NCBI GenBank assembly: GCA_903842505.1
Contig: CAIMMI010000351.1
Coordinates: 261-64,260 of the forward strand
Source: an uncultured Verrucomicrobiota bacterium
GTDB taxonomy: Bacteria; Verrucomicrobiota; Verrucomicrobiia; Limisphaerales; UBA9464
DNA: 64,000 nucleotides
Direction of reading: 5' to 3'
Part shown: positions 44,601 through 52,628 of the stretch, in pieces
How the letters are laid out: every line of letters starts with the position of its first letter
Position numbering within the stretch: position 1 is the first letter of the stretch
Notes under the pieces: generated by a model
The model's input: the letters and a program-made list of their open reading frames with translations, nothing else
Told to the model about the DNA's origin: nothing
The model's database searches: none
Position numbers and translations under genes: made by a program

Positions 44601-45158
44601 TTGCATCTGGAATCCGACGGAAGCCGCGGTGTGGGCGTCCTGACGAATTCACTGCCGTTCCCGTTGGCGGATTCGCCGTCGCAGTTGGGGCAGTCGGTCG
44701 ATTTCACGGAGCGGTCCGTGGCTGGCTATGCGGGTCTGTTGGTCGGGGATTCGTGGTCGGCCGGCGTTCGTCCGCGGGTTTCCGAGGCCGAGTTGGTGAC
44801 GCGGTTCCCGTCGTTGGCAGAGGGATTGCCGGGTTTGGACCAGATGTCGGGAACGCGGACGGCGACCTTGTTCGAGGTGGGGTTGTGGCTGCGCGTGAAT
44901 CATCCGTCCGGTTTTTTTGCGGGCTGGGACAGCACGTGGCGGCAGCAGCATCTGTCGGGTGGGGCGGTTGCCCTGCCCGATGAGGTGTTCTGGCAGCACG
45001 ACGTGCATGTTGGGTACCGGTGGCCGCGGCGACATGCGGAGGTGCGGGTGGGCGTGTTGAACCTGGCGGATTCGGATTACCGGTTGGATCCGTTGAACCT
45101 GATGGCGGAGCCGGCGAGGCAGCGGACGTTTCACGCGAGCCTGAGGCTGAATTTTTGA
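41658..45158 (+). CDS. Secreted FecR-domain / TPR / TonB-dependent-receptor-like beta-barrel fusion protein
   Basis: ATG 41658 gives MNATPSRFLRCGLILWALACLAASGLVRA. The FecR-like region is GRVEISR...LTVGDRIRTGPASRATLQLSDRSVVRIGAETVLEI...GAIRGTEFSL. There are several TPR-like repeats at roughly residues 330-640. The C-terminal approximately 500 aa have alternating beta patterns and end VGVLNLADSDYRL...RTFHASLRLNF (terminal Phe beta-signal). Confidence 0.6.
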   Translation: MNATPSRFLRCGLILWALACLAASGLVRAEEVGNSRLVEWAGRVEISRTNAAFAAPGTNLLLTVGDRIRTGPASRATLQLSDRSVVRIGAETVLEIRAPAQAAGTRRFDLKSGLLFFLNRERPGSVEFDTPLVSGAIRGTEFSLRVDPADGATVLGLFAGAVDLKSAQGAAAVAAGQEIEIRPGTMPVVRPVLPLRRGIQWAFHYPIVLDPGLVSGGLPEGVAWRSVLEAYTTGDLASAHAALPAGTGAGEPAMARALRAGLELSMGRVAEARAVIASIPTGPADSAVRALETMIAAVTLEEGATAIAVNDASDASVWLAESYARQSRLDLEAAWVAVDEAVRRSPQFGAAWARRAEMALSTDRRIEAARSLERARQLAPRHALVPALEGYLAMDERRWDAAEFAFGEAIRMDGSLSVAWLGRGLLRTHQGRLGEALADLQVAAALEPQRGAMRAALGKAFGEAGEDRLAQKEFRLARELDPADPTPWFYAGLQDLQENRYNAAVRNLQEASEKNDGRAVFRSRQQLDRDQAMRSADLGVAYSVTGLDEVAWRAATRAVVEDYTDFSGHLFTARALQAREDPAGFDLRWETARQAELLVANLLAPPGAGNLSRVLSQQDHLRAFGLAPLGASSLTEYHSRGDWEQRGSVFGQWAALAYAVDTQYRSLRGQGPLQGQESFRSSAQVRFDLGPADALLVQTAVGEGNAEDVARRYDPNASTALRAWSRREPELQVGYRHEWRPGVVTLGLVSHLSDRLRVENPDQQTPFLVYRGGAPAGFGTVASHGLELESTFELNSVELQQVFQGEWQGIVAGARYQSGDVDTRSRLVPLLPGPDIAGVNRSDLERANGYAYWQVRPWNWIRAWAGVSYDHLEYPGNADLAPVATGGSDGSSRSLLAPKVALALLPWKGAEVRAAFTRSLGGLYFDDSMRLEPGQIAGFGQSFRSLAPESVVGLVPATAFETVGVRWDQKLPRDVYVGIEALHLESDGSRGVGVLTNSLPFPLADSPSQLGQSVDFTERSVAGYAGLLVGDSWSAGVRPRVSEAELVTRFPSLAEGLPGLDQMSGTRTATLFEVGLWLRVNHPSGFFAGWDSTWRQQHLSGGAVALPDEVFWQHDVHVGYRWPRRHAEVRVGVLNLADSDYRLDPLNLMAEPARQRTFHASLRLNF

Positions 45159-45170
45159 GGGGAGGGCGTT

Positions 45171-45202
45171 CCCCGCCTCCTGACGTCGGCGGCTACGGGG
45201 GG
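45171..45202. repeat. Family C partial copy between convergent genes
   Basis: The sequence is ccccgcctcctgacgtcggcggctacgggggg. Confidence 0.7.
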
Positions 45203-45204
45203 AT

Positions 45205-46230
45205 TTATTTGAGGAGGCGCCAGGCTTGTTGAAGCGGGTGGAGCGAGGAGAGGTCGACAGGGTGGAAGGAATCGCCGGAGGCTTCGAAGTAGGTTTGAGC
45301 CTGCCATCGGGCGAAGAGGGTGTCGGGAAGCACCGTGGTGAGGGTTCCGGTGGCGCGGGCGCACGAGGCTTCGGTTTCGATCAGTTCCCGGAGGTAGGGC
45401 GCGTAGAGGTGGAGCGTCGCGACGGAGTCAGCGGTGGCGTGGTAGCGCCATAGGGAGTTGGCGACGCGGCGCTGCCCCAGGAAGTGGAGCCCATGGAAAT
45501 GGTAGAAGACCGGGCGCAGGCCGTTGGAGTGGAGGTGACCGTCCACCACCGAGAGGGGGAAGTCGCGGAGGTTCCAGGGGGCGAGTCCGGCGACGGGTGG
45601 ATCGAGGATTGTGACCTGGCCGGGGAAGTCGTCGGGCCAGGAATCGAGGTAGCGTTGGTCGGCGTAGCGCCGGTTCCGTTCATCGACGCGGTGGAAGCAC
45701 CATTCGAGGCACTGGCGGCGCCACTGGTTGAGGCATGCGCGGCCGATGGCGTCATTGCGGAAGCCCTGGAAGGAGACGTTGAAGTTCCCGGTCTGGAGTC
45801 CGACCTTCCGTATGGGTTGGGTGAAAGCGTGCCGGGTGATGAAGATCGGCCTCTGCTCGAGTTGTCTGAGAAGGGGGGTGGGATCCGAGAGGAAGAAGAG
45901 GTCGGCGTCGAGGGAGACCACGGCATCGAAGCGGTCGGTGTCCAGGAGGTGAAGGGGCAGGCAGGGGCTGAGCGTGAAGCAGTATTCGCCATGGCTGCGG
46001 TTGCGACGTGCTTTTGGGAGTTCCGGGTCGGCGGCTTCGAGCGTGCCGATGGCGATGGGGCGGAGGCCGGGTTCGCCCAGTTGCGAAAGCCACGTGTAGG
46101 AAATGTCGTCGAGGCAAAGGGCGAAGACCTCGGGGGCAGGCGACGGCATCTGGCGGCGGAGGGAGCGGATCATGGCCAGGCCGCGGGAGAGGTACCGGCG
46201 GTCGAAGAGCGTGGTGAACGCGATGTTCAT
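45205..46230 (-). CDS. Nucleotide-diphospho-sugar (GT8-like) glycosyltransferase, putative
   Basis: ATG 46230 gives MNIAFTTLFDRRYLSRGLAMIRSL. VVSLDADLFF is DxD-like. ATGA overlap with the upstream methyltransferase gene. Confidence 0.5.
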   Translation of the reverse strand: MNIAFTTLFDRRYLSRGLAMIRSLRRQMPSPAPEVFALCLDDISYTWLSQLGEPGLRPIAIGTLEAADPELPKARRNRSHGEYCFTLSPCLPLHLLDTDRFDAVVSLDADLFFLSDPTPLLRQLEQRPIFITRHAFTQPIRKVGLQTGNFNVSFQGFRNDAIGRACLNQWRRQCLEWCFHRVDERNRRYADQRYLDSWPDDFPGQVTILDPPVAGLAPWNLRDFPLSVVDGHLHSNGLRPVFYHFHGLHFLGQRRVANSLWRYHATADSVATLHLYAPYLRELIETEASCARATGTLTTVLPDTLFARWQAQTYFEASGDSFHPVDLSSLHPLQQAWRLLK

Positions 46231-47066
46231 CGGGCGGCGGGTTCGAGGACAAACCCGGCCCATTCGAAGCGTTGGCCGCCGATCCACCCGGGATCATCGC
46301 AGGCGCTGACCGAGGTGCCGGCGATGCGGAAGCGGGAGGCGATTTCCCTGGTCAGGAGGTCGTGTGCGAAGAACCAGAAGGGTGACTCCATGCGGTAGAT
46401 GCACCTGGGCACGACCTGGCGTGTGAGGCGGTGCCGTGGAGCGGAGCGGAGGACGGCGAGACGTTCGATGAGCGTCCACGGGGCTCGCAGTGCGGCGAGT
46501 TCCTCCAGGGTCCGATTGAGGTCCGGGATATAGGGGAGGACGCCGGCAGCAACGACCACATCGGGTGCTCCAAGGGTATCCGTGGCTTCCTGAATGGACT
46601 CGAAGAACCGGACAGCCGGGTCATCGACCACGGTGCGGGCGGCGCGGACCACTTCCGGAGTTTCGACAACCGCCCATTGGATCGGACCGAACCGATCGAG
46701 CCAGGCGCGATTCTGGAAGAAACCGGCGCCGAATCCGCCGCCGAAATCGAGGACCGTACGAGGTTGGCTGGGGCCGGTGGCGAGGCTGGCCAAGGCCGTG
46801 AGCAATGGCCATTCGGGGCGGGGGTCATCGAAGAGGATTCCGTCCCGTTCGTGGTGCGCCGAGCCTGCGGCGAGGGCCCGATGTGCGCGCGCATAGGCCT
46901 CGCACATGGGGCCGGGACCATGGGGTCGACAGGCGGCGGCGGCGGACGACCAATCCGGGTAGTCCCCCGACCACATCGAAGAGTTGAGCCGGAGGATCCG
47001 GGCAGCGTGTTCGGACAATCGGCAGGCTGCGATGCCTGGTGTCAGGTCCCGGAGGCGTTCTGTCAT
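46227..47066 (-). CDS. SAM-dependent methyltransferase, putative
   Basis: ATG 47066. VLDFGGGFGAGF is motif I and DVVVAAGVLPYIPD is a motif II-like stretch. Confidence 0.55.
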   Translation of the reverse strand: MTERLRDLTPGIAACRLSEHAARILRLNSSMWSGDYPDWSSAAAACRPHGPGPMCEAYARAHRALAAGSAHHERDGILFDDPRPEWPLLTALASLATGPSQPRTVLDFGGGFGAGFFQNRAWLDRFGPIQWAVVETPEVVRAARTVVDDPAVRFFESIQEATDTLGAPDVVVAAGVLPYIPDLNRTLEELAALRAPWTLIERLAVLRSAPRHRLTRQVVPRCIYRMESPFWFFAHDLLTREIASRFRIAGTSVSACDDPGWIGGQRFEWAGFVLEPAAR

Positions 47067-47077
47067 CCGGCCTGGCT

Positions 47078-49318
47078 TCACTTCTGCGGCACCCGGTGGA
47101 TGGTCTGGAGGATCTCGCTTTCGACAGGTTGGCCGGTGGCGGACTTGAGCGCATACCGGATCCGCTGCTGCATGGCAGGGAGGGTGGAAGCGAGCGTCAG
47201 GCGGACGGTCTTGCCATCGGGTGAAAGCTCGGCGGCGGTGACATCGACCGGGTCGTGCCCCTTGGCGGTGGGCTCGGAGATGCGGAATTCGGGTGAGCCG
47301 TACTTCTCGGTCCACTGGTAGTTCCAGCGCTCGACGCTCCAGTTCTGGAGGTCGCGGACCGTGGCGGGGTCGAGGGCGTCCGTGAAGGTGATCTCGACGC
47401 CGGTCTTCTGCACATGGAGGTCGCGGGGCATGGTGACGGGTTTGCCGGTGTAGCGGACGCGGTGGAAGGCGCCCTGGCGGGCCCCGTTGGATTGCCAGAT
47501 GACGAGGCCGCAGGTGTAGAGTTGGCCGTCGAGGGGGCTGAAGCGGGAACGCATGATCCCGGACTCAAAGCGCAGCGGGAACCGGACGACGCCGGCCTGG
47601 CGGACGCCATCGACCTCCTCATGCATGACCTTGAAGAGCGAGCAGGTGCCGTAGCTGGTGTGGAGCAGGTCGCCTGCGAAAGGACCCCAGCGCTTGCTGG
47701 TGACCCAGGCCTGGCCGCCGGAGGAATTATCGGCGTTCTTGGGGAGCCAGAAGAGCGGAAGATCGTAGTCTGTGGGCTTGGGGGTTCGATGGGCGGTGAA
47801 GACGTGGCCGTAGAATCCGCCGGGCTTCATCCAGTTCACGCGGGAGGCGGGCACCCAGTTGCCCTCGTTGTCGCTGGAGGTGATCTGGTCCTCGGGTCCC
47901 ATGCCGATGCCATTGGGAGCCCGGAGGCCGGTGGCGACGACGGAGAGCTTCTTGCCGTCGGGCGAGACCTTCAGGAGCGTGCCATGATGGGGGATCTTTG
48001 CGTCGCCGAGGTTGCCGCCCTTGTTGAAGTAGAAGTTGCCGGCGCGGTCGGTTTCGAGCCCGAGGCAGAACTCGTGGTAATGGTCGGTGATCGTGGTGTC
48101 GTTGTTGAAATTCTCGTAGTGGTCGGCTTCGCCGTCCTTGTTGAGGTCGTGGAGGCGGGTGATCTGGTCGCGGCCGAGTACATAGACCTGATCGTTGACG
48201 ATGCGGAGGCCGAGGGGTTGGAACAGGCCGGAGGCGAATCGTTGCCAACGGATGTTCTGCAGGCCTTCGTCGAGGCCGGAGACGATCCACACGTCACCGG
48301 AGACGTTGCAGATGGCGGCGCGGGTGGCGTCCTTGAAGAAGTCGAAGCCACCGAATCGGAGCCAGGACTTCTGTGGGTTTTCGTCGGGCCAGGTGATGGT
48401 ATCGACGACGTAGGCACCATCGCCCCCGCTGGTGGCGAGCTTGCCCTGGGTGACGAGGGGTTCGCCCCAGATCTTCGGGCCGGGCTTGAGGTCGGCACGC
48501 AGGTCGGCCGGGGCGCTGCGCTTGAACGTCGGGCTGCCTTCAGGAAGGAAGGTGAGGCGGAAGGGGCGGTGGGCCTTGGTGGCGGGAATGGCAAGCCAGA
48601 GCGTCGAGTCGCGCAGTTCGAATCGGGCATCACCGGCCAGGCCGTCCAGGCGGACTTCGACGGCGGTGGAGTTGGTGCCGTGCCGGAAAGTGACGGAGTT
48701 CGGCGCGTTGGAAATACTGCGGGAAGGAACTTCCGCGATGCGGAGCATCTTCGGGCTGGAAGCGCGGGTGAACTGGATGACGCGGTTGAACCTCCCTCCC
48801 TCGAAGCTGGGTTGCTCGAGGACGCCCGTGTCACCGAGGTCGTATTCGAGGACGACGCGGTCGCCGTGGCGGTGGAGTCCCCTCCAATGGCCCCACGAAT
48901 CCGGCAGGCGTTCGAACTTGGTGGCGCGAGGGTCCTGGAGGTTCGCGGCGGTCGCCCAGCCTGGCCCGTTGGAGGTGGCCAACATCACGTCGCCCCAGGG
49001 TTCGGGAAGGCCTTCCATGCCGTCGCGGCCGCGGGGCAGGTGCAGGAATCCGCCGGACCAGGCGGCGTTCCAGCGGAGGCTCATGGTGTCGAAGTTGACG
49101 GCGGCCGGGGCCGCTTCGGAGCCGACGCGGACCGTCAGGGTCTTCAGGGCGGCGACGGAGCCCTTGAGGTTGGACGAGAAGAACGGGCCTTGGTCCATCT
49201 GCTCCCATTTCCAGCGGCCGGCGGCGTCGGTGGGAATCGGGGGTTTGGCCTTCTGGGCAAGAGCGACGGTGCCGGACGTCAGGAGGCCGGCCAAAGCGAG
49301 GGTAGGGAGGCGGAGCAC
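47078..49318 (-). CDS. Secreted beta-propeller protein of the PVC 'membrane-bound dehydrogenase domain' type (no cytochrome c motif seen)
   Basis: The signal is MLRLPTLALAGLLTSGTVALA. ITRLHDLNKDGEADHYENFNN...EFCLGLETDRAGNFYFNKGG is typical of SGL/sorbosone-dehydrogenase-like propellers. No CxxCH motif is present. Confidence 0.5.
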   Translation of the reverse strand: MLRLPTLALAGLLTSGTVALAQKAKPPIPTDAAGRWKWEQMDQGPFFSSNLKGSVAALKTLTVRVGSEAAPAAVNFDTMSLRWNAAWSGGFLHLPRGRDGMEGLPEPWGDVMLATSNGPGWATAANLQDPRATKFERLPDSWGHWRGLHRHGDRVVLEYDLGDTGVLEQPSFEGGRFNRVIQFTRASSPKMLRIAEVPSRSISNAPNSVTFRHGTNSTAVEVRLDGLAGDARFELRDSTLWLAIPATKAHRPFRLTFLPEGSPTFKRSAPADLRADLKPGPKIWGEPLVTQGKLATSGGDGAYVVDTITWPDENPQKSWLRFGGFDFFKDATRAAICNVSGDVWIVSGLDEGLQNIRWQRFASGLFQPLGLRIVNDQVYVLGRDQITRLHDLNKDGEADHYENFNNDTTITDHYHEFCLGLETDRAGNFYFNKGGNLGDAKIPHHGTLLKVSPDGKKLSVVATGLRAPNGIGMGPEDQITSSDNEGNWVPASRVNWMKPGGFYGHVFTAHRTPKPTDYDLPLFWLPKNADNSSGGQAWVTSKRWGPFAGDLLHTSYGTCSLFKVMHEEVDGVRQAGVVRFPLRFESGIMRSRFSPLDGQLYTCGLVIWQSNGARQGAFHRVRYTGKPVTMPRDLHVQKTGVEITFTDALDPATVRDLQNWSVERWNYQWTEKYGSPEFRISEPTAKGHDPVDVTAAELSPDGKTVRLTLASTLPAMQQRIRYALKSATGQPVESEILQTIHRVPQK

Positions 49319-49368
49319 ATCCCGATGTTCCCGGGATGGTGGGAGGATCCAAGGAGGAATTTGCAGGA

Positions 49369-52005
49369 TCAGGAGGGCGGAGCGGAAGACGGAGTTGGAG
49401 TCGGAGGGGAATACGGTCGGTCGAGGGCGCGGTCGAGGGCGCGGATGAGTTCCGCCTTGCGGACCGGTTTCGGGATGAAGTCATCCATGCCGGCGTTGAG
49501 GCACAGCAGGCGGTCGCTTTCGAGGACGGACGCCGTCATGGCAATGATGTGAGCGCGCGGTCGGCCTGGTTCCTCCTGTTCGAACTGGCGGATGCGGCGG
49601 GTGGCCTCCAAGCCGTCCATGTCCGGCATCTGGCAATCCATGAGGATGACGGGGTAGTGGGACTCCTCACATCGGCGGAGGGCCTCGATGCCGTTGTCGG
49701 CGATCTCGCATTCGAAGCCGAGGCGTCGGAGCATTTGCCGGGAGAGTTCCTGATTCACCGGATGATCGTCGGCAACGAGGATCCGGATGAGGTTGCGCGG
49801 TGCGGGTTCAGCAGGTGTTCCGGTGGGTGGGGTCGGCTTGGGTGCCGACGGCGTGGAGAGGGCGGGATTGGTTGGTGCCGGGGTGGCTGGGAGGGGAGGC
49901 GGCGCGGTCTCGGTTGCGGGCGGTTGGGGGAGTTCCCGGGTGAGGGTTTCGATGAGTTGCCGCAGGGCCTGTCGCCGGATGGGTTTGCAGAGGATGTGCT
50001 GGAAGCCGGCCGCTTGAAGGTTGTTGGGGGGCGGTCGGCGGACAGAGTCCACGACCCCGATCTGGCGGAACCCCGGAAGCGCGCCTTGGGGTGGTAGGGA
50101 ATTGCTGGGGTAGCGGATGAATTCGAGGGAAACAGGCGCGCTGTTTTCTTCGGGAGCGACGACTGCGACGCCGCGGTCCTCCAGGTAACTCGCGAGGACT
50201 TCGTCGGATCGCATGCTTCCAGTGCGGACCAGGGCGACGAGGTTGGGAAAGGCATGGTGGGGAGGTGGAGCGGTTCCGGTTGAAGAAGGGGTAAGCACCG
50301 GGATCTCGAACCAGAACGTGGAGCCGAGGCCTGGGTTGCTCTCGAAGTCGATGGTGCCGCCCATGAGTTCAACGAGGCGCCGGGTGATGGCGAGGCCGAG
50401 ACCGGTGCCGCCAAAGCGGCGGGTGGTCGAGGCGTCGGCCTGGGAAAAAGAGCGGAAGAGTCGGGTCCGTTGGGCTGGGGAGATGCCGATGCCGGAGTCC
50501 TGGATATGGAAGCGTAGAAGCGTGACGGGGCTACCGGCCTGGGAGGAATCGATGCTGGTTTCCAGAGCGACGAAGATTTCGCCCTTCGCGGTGAACTTGA
50601 GGGCGTTGCTGAGAAGGTTGTTGAGGATCTGTCGGAGGCGGCCGGAATCGCCGTGGATGATACGGGGGACCGAGGGAGCGAAGCAGACGTTGAAGTCGAT
50701 ACCCCGGGTGAAGGCGCCTGAGGCGTGGAGTTCACAGGTGGTTTCGACGAGTTCCTCCAGATCGAACTCCGATTCCTCCAGGCTGAGTTGACCGGCCTCG
50801 ATCTTGGAGAAGTCGAGGATGTCGTCGAGGATGCGGAGCAGGGATTCGGCGGAGTTGCGGGAGGTGCGCGCGAGTTCGGCCTGTTCGGTGTTGAGATGGG
50901 AGTCCAGGAGGAGTTCCGTGGTGCCGATGATGCCATTCATCGGGGTCCGGATCTCGTGGGACATGGTGGCGAGGAACTCGGACTTGGCGCGGTTGGCTGC
51001 CTCGGCGGCCTCGGCGAGGAGACGGGTTTCGGCGATGGCCTTTTCGAGTTGGGCGTTGGAGCCCGCGAGGTTGTGGTTGGTGACTTCGAGACGGTCACGT
51101 GCCTCGATGAGTCGGGCCTGGGTTTCCTGGTGAAGTTGGACTTCCGCCCGGAGTTCCTGGGTCCGCTGTTCGACGCGGACTTCGAGGGCGGCGTCCCGTT
51201 CCTGCACTTGCAGGAGCATGTTGTTGAACCCGTCGGCGAGCTTGGAAAGTTCGGGGACGGGCGTGGATCCGGCGCGAAGGGTGTAATCCCGCTTTTCTGC
51301 GACGGCAGCCATGGTCGAGACCAGTTGGTCGACCGGACGGGAGATCTGGCGTTGCAAGACCGTGGTCAGCCATGCGGAGAGGGCGAGGACCACGTATCCC
51401 AGTCCGACGAGCAGGCTCGCGGAACGGGTCAGGCGATCGCGAAGAGGGGTCAGGTCAGCCTCGATGTAGAGGGTGCCACGGCGGGTCTTGCCCGTCAGGG
51501 CGGGTTCCATGACGCCGATACGGGCTTTGGCGGGTTTCCAACCAGTCGGCAAGGTTGAGGACAGCGGGTAGGCCTGGACGATGCGCTGGGATGTGCCGGG
51601 TAGGGTACTGACATCGCGGTTGCCGGGAACGACGAGGGTGGAGGAGGGGAACTCGTTGGTGCTCGGGCCCGGCGTAGGCGGGATGAAGACCAGGTTGCTG
51701 GCTCCGCGGAAGGCGAACACCTTGCCGTCGATACCGTAGAGGACGGCGCCGGCGATGCCCTTGTTTTGGGTGATGAGGTTCAGTTGCTGTTGGGCGGCTT
51801 CGATATCCTCGAAGAGGATGGCAGCCGCTCCCAGTTCAGCCAGGAACCGCGCATTTTCCACGAGGTTCTCGTGGGTCCGACGGGTGGCGTTCTGGTAGTC
51901 GGACCAGAGGACGGCAGCGCCAAGCAGCAACACGGCCATGACCGTGGTCAGCAGACTCGTGGCGATGAGTCGGGCGCGAAGGGAACTGGGAAGCCAGAAC
52001 TTCAT
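49369..52005 (-). CDS. Hybrid sensor histidine kinase / response regulator
   Basis: Two TMs flank a roughly 170-aa periplasmic domain. It has HAMP, HisKA ([16 protein letters not shown]) and HATPase (GTGLGLAI) domains, a Pro/Ala-rich linker, and a receiver ([11 protein letters not shown]...[12 protein letters not shown]). Confidence 0.85.
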   Translation of the reverse strand: MKFWLPSSLRARLIATSLLTTVMAVLLLGAAVLWSDYQNATRRTHENLVENARFLAELGAAAILFEDIEAAQQQLNLITQNKGIAGAVLYGIDGKVFAFRGASNLVFIPPTPGPSTNEFPSSTLVVPGNRDVSTLPGTSQRIVQAYPLSSTLPTGWKPAKARIGVMEPALTGKTRRGTLYIEADLTPLRDRLTRSASLLVGLGYVVLALSAWLTTVLQRQISRPVDQLVSTMAAVAEKRDYTLRAGSTPVPELSKLADGFNNMLLQVQERDAALEVRVEQRTQELRAEVQLHQETQARLIEARDRLEVTNHNLAGSNAQLEKAIAETRLLAEAAEAANRAKSEFLATMSHEIRTPMNGIIGTTELLLDSHLNTEQAELARTSRNSAESLLRILDDILDFSKIEAGQLSLEESEFDLEELVETTCELHASGAFTRGIDFNVCFAPSVPRIIHGDSGRLRQILNNLLSNALKFTAKGEIFVALETSIDSSQAGSPVTLLRFHIQDSGIGISPAQRTRLFRSFSQADASTTRRFGGTGLGLAITRRLVELMGGTIDFESNPGLGSTFWFEIPVLTPSSTGTAPPPHHAFPNLVALVRTGSMRSDEVLASYLEDRGVAVVAPEENSAPVSLEFIRYPSNSLPPQGALPGFRQIGVVDSVRRPPPNNLQAAGFQHILCKPIRRQALRQLIETLTRELPQPPATETAPPPLPATPAPTNPALSTPSAPKPTPPTGTPAEPAPRNLIRILVADDHPVNQELSRQMLRRLGFECEIADNGIEALRRCEESHYPVILMDCQMPDMDGLEATRRIRQFEQEEPGRPRAHIIAMTASVLESDRLLCLNAGMDDFIPKPVRKAELIRALDRALDRPYSPPTPTPSSAPPS

Positions 52006-52628
52006 TGGACTTTGGTTTCATCGATCCACTGGATCGCTCGCAGCGAGGCCAGATGGGAACTGAAGCGGATACCAACCCGGGAGGCGGCCTCGCGACAGAT
52101 CTCGATCTGCGAGGACTCCGCCGTGAGCAAGAGGTTGATGGTGCCTCCCGACCTGGCAAACCCGGGTTGTTCACCCACGAGGAGGATGGGTGAACGGCGG
52201 ACCGCCTCAGGCACACCCGCCAGTCCTCGGCGATAGTCGCGTCCGACGTAGATCAGTTGCACGTCCTGCCAGGAGTCCGGCATTTGGCGGCGGACCTGGA
52301 TCGGGTGTTCGCCGATTTTCTGCTCGGCGGCGACTTTCTGGAGTTGGGCAGCGACCTCTGGTGCATCGAGGACGATCATCACGAAGGTCGAGTTGGATGC
52401 GGCGAAGGTGTTTGTGGGCCATTGGACGAACGGCAGGATCTTCAGGATGGCCGCCGCCTTGACGGCGGGTTCCGGGGCGGATCTCGGCTTGGTTGGGGTC
52501 TGACCCGTTGCCGTCCACGTCAAGCCCGCGCAGGCCCAGAGCACCAAGACTCCCATCGCAATCCCTGACAGGGCTTGCCCAAGCCTCTTCCCTCGCCCTC
52601 CCCGTATTTCCTTGGTTGGGGCGCTCAT
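52002..52628 (-). CDS. YfiR-like (DUF4154) periplasmic protein
   Basis: A signal/anchor is followed by [16 protein letters not shown]...[11 protein letters not shown]...[10 protein letters not shown]...[24 protein letters not shown] overlap with the kinase start. Confidence 0.6.
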   Translation of the reverse strand: MSAPTKEIRGGRGKRLGQALSGIAMGVLVLWACAGLTWTATGQTPTKPRSAPEPAVKAAAILKILPFVQWPTNTFAASNSTFVMIVLDAPEVAAQLQKVAAEQKIGEHPIQVRRQMPDSWQDVQLIYVGRDYRRGLAGVPEAVRRSPILLVGEQPGFARSGGTINLLLTAESSQIEICREAASRVGIRFSSHLASLRAIQWIDETKVQ

